Origin: Candidatus Moraniibacteriota bacterium
Lineage (GTDB): Bacteria; Patescibacteriota; Minisyncoccia; Moranbacterales; GWC2-37-73
Length of the DNA stretch: 64,000 bases
Direction of reading: 5' to 3'
NCBI GenBank assembly: GCA_036845785.1
Contig: DAIUDF010000002.1
Coordinates: 4,552 to 68,551 of the forward strand
Shown here: in pieces, positions 57,223 to 64,000 of the stretch
Numbering within the stretch: the stretch's first letter is position 1
Layout of the letters: the number at the start of each line of letters is the position of its first letter
Notes under the pieces: model-generated
Told to the model about the DNA's origin: nothing
Database searches by the model: none
The model's input: only the letters and a program-made list of their open reading frames with translations
Made by a program: the position numbers and the translations under genes

Positions 57223-57291
57223 AACAATAATACTACGTATTTTGTTTATATGTGAAATATTTTTATGAATCATGTAAAAATTAATTTGTAA

Positions 57292-57327
57292 AAAAGAAAC
57301 CTTTCGTGAGGTTTCTTTTTTTATATC
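57292..57327 (-). terminator. hairpin terminator GAAACCT-ttcgtg-AGGTTTC (terminates the Nudix gene)
   Basis: Same stem as 56857-56892 with a different loop; A/T runs on both sides. Confidence 0.55.
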
Positions 57328-57854
57328 CTGTTTTTTAAATATGTAATAGTTTCTATAAACCCTGCTTTTTTCTGAGCCCAAGACGATGAATTTTTTTGCA
57401 TTGAATTTGCAATCTCATTTTCAGTCATCCATTTTATCTCCTGTACTTCCCCGTCATTGAATTTTAATATGTTATTATTTTCTAGAAAATTATAATAAAA
57501 AACATGGCAGAACTCTCGGTTATTGCCACCATCATATTTTTTTATTTCTCCTTTTATTAAGCATTCTGATTTTAGTTCTATTCCTACTTCTTCTTTTATT
57601 TCACGAGCTGTTGCTTCTTCTATATTTTTTCCGGCATCAACATGTCCTCCAAAGCGCGTATCCCACTTATTAGGATCAAGATCTTTAAATGCTGATCTTA
57701 AATGCACAAGAATTTCAATGGCATTATTTTTTACTCTATAAAAATATATATGCACAGTTCTGTGCCACAATCCTTTTTCATGCACAACACTCCGCAGTTC
57801 TTTTTCTCCGGTCGGATTGCCATTTTCATCGACAATGTCTAAATATTCTTCCAT
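57321..57854 (-). CDS. Nudix hydrolase
   Basis: Nudix box 'GGHVDAGKNIEEATAREIKEEVGIEL'. Confidence 0.7.
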   Translation of the reverse strand: MEEYLDIVDENGNPTGEKELRSVVHEKGLWHRTVHIYFYRVKNNAIEILVHLRSAFKDLDPNKWDTRFGGHVDAGKNIEEATAREIKEEVGIELKSECLIKGEIKKYDGGNNREFCHVFYYNFLENNNILKFNDGEVQEIKWMTENEIANSMQKNSSSWAQKKAGFIETITYLKNRI

Positions 57855-57857
57855 AAA

Positions 57858-59501
57858 CTAAGAAGCTTGAGACCTATTTTTCGCCGCTTTTATAAATTCA
57901 AAGAAAAGCGGGTGTGATTTGAGCGGTGTGGATTTGAATTCTGGGTGGAATTGTGTGCCCAAAAAGAAAGGATGAACGGATTTTGGCAGTTCCGCAATTT
58001 CCATAAGTTTTCTGTCTGGCGATTCACCGGAAAATACCAACCCGGCTTTTTCCAATTTTTCAATATATTCAGGATTTACTTCCCAGCGATGGCGGTGCCG
58101 TTCGGAAATTTTATCTCCGCCGTAAGCTTCATGGGCTATTGTTCCCTTTTTGAGAATTGCCGGATAAGCTCCCAATCTCATTGTAGCGCCGTAATTTTTA
58201 TCTTCCAGGTTTTTCTTCTGTTCTGGCATGATGTCAATGACCGGATTTTTGGTTTCGCGATCAATTTCCGTAGTGTTGGCATCTTTGAGTCCCAAAACAT
58301 TTCTGGCGAATTCGATAGTTAAAATTTGCATGCCGTAGCATAATCCGAAATATGGAATTTTATTTTCCCGGCAAAATTCAACAGCTTTGATTTTACCTTC
58401 CACTCCCCGACTGCCAAAACCGCCTGGCACCAAAATGCCGTCATATTCAGCAAGAGTTTTGATTTTTTCCGGTTCTTTTTCAAAAATTTCACTGTTTATC
58501 CAATCCAGTTCTGTTTTGACATGATTCTTGAATCCGGCATGCTTGATAGCTTCAATCACACTGATGTAAGCATCGCTCAAAACAAAATCTCCAGTACCAA
58601 AATACTTTCCGACAATTCCAATTTTAACTTTTTCTTTGGATAATTCAATATTTTCCAGAAGATTTTCCCATTCTTTCAAATCTGATTTTTCGGATTTTAA
58701 TCCTAATTTTTCCAGAATAATTTTTCCAATATTTCCGCGCTCAAAATTATGCGGTACTTTATATAATGAATCGACATCTGGCGCGCTGATGATGCATTCT
58801 TCAGCTACATTGCAGAAAAGTGAGATTTTCTCTTTGCGTTTTTGATCAATTGGCGATTCGCTGCGGGCAATAATTATGTCTGGCTGGACGCCGGCGCTGT
58901 TAACTGTGCGCACAGCATGCTGGGTTGGCTTGGTTTTCATTTCTCCGGAAGCATGCGGAACCGGCAAATAGCTGACCATAACTGAAAGCACATCGTGCGG
59001 ATGCTTAATTTTCATAAGACGAATAGCTTCCAAGAACAAAATGTTTTCATATTCTCCAACTGTACCGCCGATTTCCACAATCGTTATGTCAGCTTTATTT
59101 TTGGTGGCCGCCCGCTTGATGCGATCAATGACTTCCAGTGGAATGTGTGGCACAACTTGGACACACTTGCCTTCATATTCCAAATTGCGTTCCCGGTGAA
59201 TCACAGATTCATAGACCCGGCCGGTAGTCATATAGTTATCGCGGGAAAGCGTGATCCCTATGAAGCGTTCATAATTACCCATGTCCTGATCGGTTTCATC
59301 TCCATCATCCAAAACAAACACTTCGCCGTGTTCTGTCGGGTTCATGGTGCCGGCATCAACATTAACATAAGGATCAATTTTAATGGCAGTGACATTGAAG
59401 CCGTATCCCTTAAGAATGGCTCCGATGGAAGCTGTTGTGATTCCTTTGCCTACTCCGCTCATAACTCCTCCCATGACGAAAATGTATTTTTTATCTGCCA
59501 T
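57858..59501 (-). CDS. pyrG: CTP synthase
   Basis: 'KYIFVMGGVMSGVGKGITTASIG' and a glutaminase domain with the catalytic 'GLCYGMQ' Cys motif. Confidence 0.9.
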   Translation of the reverse strand: MADKKYIFVMGGVMSGVGKGITTASIGAILKGYGFNVTAIKIDPYVNVDAGTMNPTEHGEVFVLDDGDETDQDMGNYERFIGITLSRDNYMTTGRVYESVIHRERNLEYEGKCVQVVPHIPLEVIDRIKRAATKNKADITIVEIGGTVGEYENILFLEAIRLMKIKHPHDVLSVMVSYLPVPHASGEMKTKPTQHAVRTVNSAGVQPDIIIARSESPIDQKRKEKISLFCNVAEECIISAPDVDSLYKVPHNFERGNIGKIILEKLGLKSEKSDLKEWENLLENIELSKEKVKIGIVGKYFGTGDFVLSDAYISVIEAIKHAGFKNHVKTELDWINSEIFEKEPEKIKTLAEYDGILVPGGFGSRGVEGKIKAVEFCRENKIPYFGLCYGMQILTIEFARNVLGLKDANTTEIDRETKNPVIDIMPEQKKNLEDKNYGATMRLGAYPAILKKGTIAHEAYGGDKISERHRHRWEVNPEYIEKLEKAGLVFSGESPDRKLMEIAELPKSVHPFFLGTQFHPEFKSTPLKSHPLFFEFIKAAKNRSQAS

Positions 59502-59616
59502 ATTTTTTGTCCCCTGAAAATTAGTTGGTTATATTTTTATATGCAAAAAGCCGCTTTGTTGCGACCCCTTTTAAATCAGAAGAAACTTCTCCTTTACAAT
59601 CATTATAAAGTATTTT

Positions 59617-60057
59617 CTAAATCTCTTCAAGTGCTATTATTATCTCGGTTTTAATGCCGAAATCAAAGTTTATTTCAATGCGTTTTTCGCCCAACTCTTT
59701 CAGGTGTTCTGCGTGGATTGATTTTTCCGTAACATCATATCCGCCCTTTTTAATTTCAGCTGCAATTTCTTTGGCTGTGATTGATCCGAAAAGCTTTCCG
59801 TCTTTGGCGCGGGTTTTTATGATAAATTTTTTGCCGCGAAGATCCTTAGCCATCTTTTGTATTTTTTGTTTTTCGTTTTTCAATTGCTCGGATTTTATTT
59901 CCTCGTCTTTTTTAACCTGGGCTACAATTTCCGGTGTTGCCGCAGCGGCTAATTTTTTGGCCAGCAAAAAATTGCGGGCATATCCGTCCGGAACGTTTTT
60001 TATCTGTCCCTTTTTTCCGACATTTTTTACGTCTTGGAGAAGTATTATTTCCATCAT
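59617..60057 (-). CDS. rplI: 50S ribosomal protein L9
   Basis: '[31 protein letters not shown]'. Confidence 0.85.
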   Translation of the reverse strand: MMEIILLQDVKNVGKKGQIKNVPDGYARNFLLAKKLAAAATPEIVAQVKKDEEIKSEQLKNEKQKIQKMAKDLRGKKFIIKTRAKDGKLFGSITAKEIAAEIKKGGYDVTEKSIHAEHLKELGEKRIEINFDFGIKTEIIIALEEI

Positions 60058-60100
60058 TTTTTATTACCGTTTTCCAGTTTAACAGCTGCCGGCAATAAAA

Positions 60101-60793
60101 TCAAGCATCAAGAAGGCTTTTTTTTCGTCCGTTGATAAACATGAATATGAAAAGCGCCTGAGAAGCCAAAATCCTGAGCATTTCCAGATCTTCTATTTTT
60201 TGTCCCGGGGTCTTCTTTTTTATTATTATGCAAGCTTCTATATCATCTATATATTTTGGAGAAGTTATGACAAAAAAATCATCTGATTCCATGAATTGAG
60301 CGCTTCGCTCGATTTTTTTGTAGGAAAAACTGAATGCTTCGCTGGGAATACTTTTAATTTCTTTCAAAACTTCTTTGGTTCTGAAATTGGTAAAACGCAA
60401 AACAAAATTATCAGACTTGGCTATAACACCAATGGCTTGCATAGCTGAATTGTATATTTCTTTTTGTTCCTTAGTGGTTACGTGCAGGCTTTCCGGATAG
60501 CTGAGAGTTATTTTTTCCAGAATATCCAGTTTCCGGTTGACTTCGCCTATGTATGAATACGAATGGGTCAAATCCTTGCTTATTGTGTTCACTTTGCGCT
60601 GAATATCGGTTTTCTCCGCTATGTTTTTTTTCAATTTTTTTTCCTGAAAAAGAAAAGCCATAAAACCCAAAGAACCCAGAATGAGAATGGTAAATTCTTG
60701 GGTTTGGGCTTTGTCAAAGATATAGAAGCCGTGATGGATTGCGGTGGGGACAAAAACTATTAAAGTGAAGATTACCAAATATAACCAATACAT
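60101..60793 (-). CDS. hypothetical membrane protein
   Basis: Two N-terminal TM helices and a soluble C-terminal domain; 230 aa. Confidence 0.35.
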   Translation of the reverse strand: MYWLYLVIFTLIVFVPTAIHHGFYIFDKAQTQEFTILILGSLGFMAFLFQEKKLKKNIAEKTDIQRKVNTISKDLTHSYSYIGEVNRKLDILEKITLSYPESLHVTTKEQKEIYNSAMQAIGVIAKSDNFVLRFTNFRTKEVLKEIKSIPSEAFSFSYKKIERSAQFMESDDFFVITSPKYIDDIEACIIIKKKTPGQKIEDLEMLRILASQALFIFMFINGRKKSLLDA

Positions 60794-60840
60794 AGGCTAT
60801 TTTTAAAAAGGGCTTCTATTGTTTCACGGAATTTGAGATT

Positions 60841-60918
60841 TGTCAACCCTGCACTGACTTTTTTTTGGCTTTGCTAATTGGCGTTTTGCGCTTATAAAAA
60901 GTTAGTGCGGGGTCAACC
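60841..60918. repeat. palindromic repeat element, copy 2 (imperfect arms)
   Basis: TGTCAACCCTGCACTGACTTTTTT ... GCGCTTATAAAAAGTTAGTGCGGGGTCAACCC. Shares the ~30-nt block GCGyTTyGCGCTT..AAAGTTAGTGCGGG with copy 1. Confidence 0.6.
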
Positions 60919-60928
60919 CATACCTATA

Positions 60929-60953
60929 AAAATCCCGCCTTTTGAGCGGGATT
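60929..60953 (-). terminator. galU terminator
   Basis: AAATCCCGC-cttttga-GCGGGATTT 9-bp stem followed by a T-run on the minus strand. Confidence 0.55.
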
Positions 60954-60958
60954 TAAAT

Positions 60959-61825
60959 TTATTTGCAATGTAGCTTTTTTATATAATCATTTAAATCTTC
61001 TTTCAGATCATTCCTTTCCGAAGCGTATGCAAATGTTGCTTTAAGATAATTTAACGGATCGCCCGTGGTCAGCCATTCGCCATCTTCTATTTTTTTAGCC
61101 ATAAATTTCCCACCGTTTTTTACATATGTTTTTATAGCATCAACAACCCAAAGTTCATTGCCTTTTCCTAAAGCGGTTTTTTTGAGAATATTTATAAAAT
61201 CTTGATTGAGAATCATTCTTCCGAAGTCAGCCATGCATGAGGGAGCTTCTTCTATGGAAGGTTTTTCAACAATGTCTTCAATTTCCATTGTGCCTTCTTT
61301 CAATTTGACTATTCCATAACGATTTAAAACTTCTTTTGGCATTTCCTGCACCCCGATCATAAGATTCCCGTTTTTTTCAAAGTCTTCCACCATTTGTTTT
61401 GTAAAAGAAACTTTTGATTTTACAAGATCATCACCCCAAACAAAAACAAACGGTTCGTCGTCAACAAGACTGGCTGCTGACAAAATCGGAGTACCATTGC
61501 CGTAAGGCCCCTTTTGTCGTACGTATATAAAATTTGCCATTTCAGCAATGTTGCTTATTTTTTCAGCCAGTTCATTTTTCCCATTTTTTCTAAGGTCGTC
61601 TTCTAGGGCTTGGCTATGATCAAAATGGTCTTCAAGCGGTTTTTTGTCCCATCTTGTTACAAAAATAATATCTTCTATCCCAGCCTCCACAAGTTCTTCT
61701 ACCACTAATTGAATAATGGGTTTATCGACAATCGGCAGCATTTCTTTAGGCATGGATTTGGTCGCCGGAAGCAATCTGGTTCCGCTGCCAGCCACAGCAA
61801 CCACAGCTTTTTTTATTTTCGTCAT
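60959..61825 (-). CDS. galU: UTP--glucose-1-phosphate uridylyltransferase
   Basis: 'KAVVAVAGSGTRLLPATKSMPKEMLPIVDKPIIQ'. Confidence 0.8.
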   Translation of the reverse strand: MTKIKKAVVAVAGSGTRLLPATKSMPKEMLPIVDKPIIQLVVEELVEAGIEDIIFVTRWDKKPLEDHFDHSQALEDDLRKNGKNELAEKISNIAEMANFIYVRQKGPYGNGTPILSAASLVDDEPFVFVWGDDLVKSKVSFTKQMVEDFEKNGNLMIGVQEMPKEVLNRYGIVKLKEGTMEIEDIVEKPSIEEAPSCMADFGRMILNQDFINILKKTALGKGNELWVVDAIKTYVKNGGKFMAKKIEDGEWLTTGDPLNYLKATFAYASERNDLKEDLNDYIKKLHCK

Positions 61826-61848
61826 AATTGTTTTAATTAATTATTTAT

Positions 61849-62646
61849 TTATAATAATTTTTTCTTAGCTATAACTTTGAGTTCTTCGTTGAATTCTTCA
61901 ATAGCCTGGTTGATAATGGGATCGAATTTTTTGTATATTTCTTTATTTTTGACAATATTCCCGGCTTCCAAAAGAGAATCGAATGTTCCGGCATCCAACC
62001 ATTCCCCTTCTATTTTTTTAACAGACAATTCTCCCGCTTCAAGATATTTTTTATTGATGTCGGTTATTTCGATTTCGCCCCTGTCTGACGGGGCTAAATT
62101 TTTAGCAATCTCAATAACCATTCTGTCATAAACATATAGCCCAGTTATAGCATAATCACTGACAAATTCTTTAGGTTTTTCTACAACCTGTACGGCTTTG
62201 CCATTTTCATCAAATTTTACGACCCCGAATCTTTCCGGATCAGAAACTTTTTTGGCAAAAACCACTGCACCGGATTTGAAATTTCTAATTTTTTCGCTAA
62301 GATCATCTTCGAATATATTGTCTCCCAAAACCATAGCCACATCTTCATTATTTATAAATTTTTCGCCCACAATGAAAGCGTCCGCTAGCCCTCTGGGCGT
62401 TTTTTGCACCTCAAAAAAGATATTAATGCCGTGATTCTTGAAAATAGAGCCTAAAAGATTCAGAAATTGGCCGCTGTGTTCCGGCGCTACTATTATTAAA
62501 ATATCCTTAATTCCGGCTTTAACCAAAGTGTTGAGCGGATAGAAAATCATCTGCCGGTCATATATCGGCAAAAGTTGTTTTGATGTTGTCGCGGTCAGCG
62601 GAAAAAGTCTTGTGGCTGTTCCCCCTGATAAAATTATCCCCTTCAT
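61849..62646 (-). CDS. rmlA: glucose-1-phosphate thymidylyltransferase
   Basis: 'KGIILSGGTATRLFPLTATTSKQLLPIYDRQMIFYPL', 'GLADAFI', 'GDNIF', 'YAITGLY' closely parallel RmlA. Confidence 0.75.
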   Translation of the reverse strand: MKGIILSGGTATRLFPLTATTSKQLLPIYDRQMIFYPLNTLVKAGIKDILIIVAPEHSGQFLNLLGSIFKNHGINIFFEVQKTPRGLADAFIVGEKFINNEDVAMVLGDNIFEDDLSEKIRNFKSGAVVFAKKVSDPERFGVVKFDENGKAVQVVEKPKEFVSDYAITGLYVYDRMVIEIAKNLAPSDRGEIEITDINKKYLEAGELSVKKIEGEWLDAGTFDSLLEAGNIVKNKEIYKKFDPIINQAIEEFNEELKVIAKKKLL

Positions 62647-62726
62647 AATTTTGTATCAAGTATTATGTAGCATGTATCATGTATACAATGCATTTATACA
62701 TTATACAGGATTCATTATACATTCTA

Positions 62727-63968
62727 CTATTTTGTGTATATTGGAAACTTCTTACATAATTTAATTACTTCCTGGTGTAATTTTTTTAATAATTTCTCAT
62801 TCTTATGATTTTCAATCGCTTCTTTGATCCATTTGGAAATTATTTTTATTTCTTTTTCTTTCATTCCGCGCGTAGTCACCGCTGGAACACCGATGCGGAC
62901 TCCGCTTGGATCAAACGGGCTTCTTGGATCATCCGGAATCATATTTTTATTTAGAGTGATGCCGATTTTATCCAAAGCTTCTTCGGCTTCTTTGCCGGTC
63001 ACGCCCTTGGAACCGAAAACATCCACCAAAACCATATGGTTGTCTGTGCCGCCGAACATAAGTTTAAACCCGTGCTTTTTTAATTCTGTTTCTAAAACTT
63101 TAGCATTTTTTATTATTTGCCTAGCGTATTTTTTGAAAGAGGGTTTCAAAGCTTCGCCGAAAGCCACGGCTTTAGCGGCAATATTATTTTCATGCGGACC
63201 TCCCTGAAATCCCGGGAAAGCCGCTTTGTCGATCGCTTTGGCAAATTCTTTCTTGCACATAATCATGCCGCCTCTGGGGCCCCTGAGAGTTTTGTGCGTA
63301 GTTGTCGTCACAATGTCAAAATATGGAACCGGATTTGGCAAAGCTTTGCCGGCAATCAGTCCGGCGATGTGCGCTACATCAAACATGGAAATCGCTCCGA
63401 CTTTTTTGGCAATTTGTTGGAATTTTTTATAATCCAGCTGCCTGGTGTAGGCTGAAAATCCTGCTAAAATTATTTTTGGCTTATGTTTCAATGCCATTTT
63501 TTCCAATTCTTTGTAATCAATTTTTCCAGACTTGTCTGTTTTATATCTGACGAAATTGTAAACTTGAGCTGAAAGCGTGACCGGATGTCCGTGCGTCAGA
63601 TGTCCGCCATGCGAAAGATCCATGCCGAGAACTGTGTCGCCAGGTTTGAGAACTGCGCTATAAGCAATCATATTGGCTGGTGCACCAGAAAGCGGTTGCA
63701 CATTCACATGCTCAGCGCCAAAAAGTTTTTTAGCTCTTTCAATGGCCAGATTCTCAACAACATCAGTGTATGTTTGTCCGCCATAATATCGGTGTCCCGG
63801 ATATCCTTCAGAATATTTATTAGTAAAAACTGATCCCAGTGCTTCGAGAACTGCCTCAGAAACATAATTTTCGCTAGCAATGAGTTCCATGCCTTCCTGC
63901 TGGCGCTTAAGCTCGCCAAGCGTAGCCTTATAAACCTTCGAATCTTGTTTTTTGAGAATATTTTTCAT
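62727..63968 (-). CDS. glyA: serine hydroxymethyltransferase
   Basis: PLP-Lys region 'VTTTTHKTLRGPRGGMI', N-terminal 'ELIASENYVS'. Confidence 0.9.
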   Translation of the reverse strand: MKNILKKQDSKVYKATLGELKRQQEGMELIASENYVSEAVLEALGSVFTNKYSEGYPGHRYYGGQTYTDVVENLAIERAKKLFGAEHVNVQPLSGAPANMIAYSAVLKPGDTVLGMDLSHGGHLTHGHPVTLSAQVYNFVRYKTDKSGKIDYKELEKMALKHKPKIILAGFSAYTRQLDYKKFQQIAKKVGAISMFDVAHIAGLIAGKALPNPVPYFDIVTTTTHKTLRGPRGGMIMCKKEFAKAIDKAAFPGFQGGPHENNIAAKAVAFGEALKPSFKKYARQIIKNAKVLETELKKHGFKLMFGGTDNHMVLVDVFGSKGVTGKEAEEALDKIGITLNKNMIPDDPRSPFDPSGVRIGVPAVTTRGMKEKEIKIISKWIKEAIENHKNEKLLKKLHQEVIKLCKKFPIYTK

Positions 63969-64000
63969 AGTGGATGCTTATTAGTAATTAGTAAAGAATT

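Noticed and set aside
1-64000. CRISPR arrays, tRNA genes, rRNA genes, transposases/integrases
   Set aside because: Scanned all intergenic regions. There are no regularly spaced direct repeats with unique spacers, no T-loop/acceptor-stem tRNA signatures (GTTCGAATCC-like), and no rRNA-like conserved blocks. No ORF shows DDE, tyrosine or serine recombinase motifs.

Overview
Low-GC (about 35% by eye) bacterial window, dense with short intergenic regions. I found no rRNA, tRNA, CRISPR array, transposase or integrase. The gene content (many ArnT/PMT-like GT-C membrane glycosyltransferases, archaeal-type UMP kinase, an L27 with a lysine-rich C-terminal extension, minimal Fe-S machinery) resembles Patescibacteria/CPR-type genomes, but that placement is an inference. 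Positions 1-38.6 kb are a large cell-envelope glycosylation locus. It holds five GT4, three GT2 (two are GtrB/ArnC/DPM1-like with C-terminal TM helices), a tandem array of four paralogous GT-C proteins plus two more large polytopic membrane proteins, two nucleotide-sugar dehydrogenases, and Wzx-type and flippase-like transporters. It also holds an O-antigen-ligase-like protein, an LCP phosphotransferase, a TagA/WecB GT26 and two exported metallophosphoesterases. Inside this locus is an 886-aa protein that fuses an N-terminal GT4 domain to a C-terminal RtcB-like RNA-ligase domain. It sits in a tight three-gene operon with a membrane-anchored calcineurin-like phosphoesterase and a P-loop (thymidylate-kinase-like) kinase. 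Positions 38.6-64 kb are mostly housekeeping genes (fmt, def, gltX, the Rrf2/IscS/IscU cluster, pyrH, rpmA, pyrG, rplI, galU, rmlA, glyA). Among them sits a cluster of a Cas4-like PD-(D/E)xK nuclease, a PolB-exonuclease-like 3'-5' exonuclease and a tandem-PRTase protein. Non-coding features worth a second look include a ~170-250 nt orphan transcript with a perfect consensus sigma70 promoter and a 15-bp terminal stem (23.68-23.97 kb). A 25-28 nt motif (TTATTTAACAGGGTNAATGGAAAA) overlaps the start codons of two different sugar-metabolism genes and is clustered in a divergent promoter. A ~75-bp palindromic repeat in two copies carries outward-facing TTGACA hexamers. A 53-aa hydrophobic peptide gene sits in a promoter/terminator cassette bracketed by near-identical hairpins. 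There is also a 700-bp AT-rich non-coding island with internal and flanking direct repeats.
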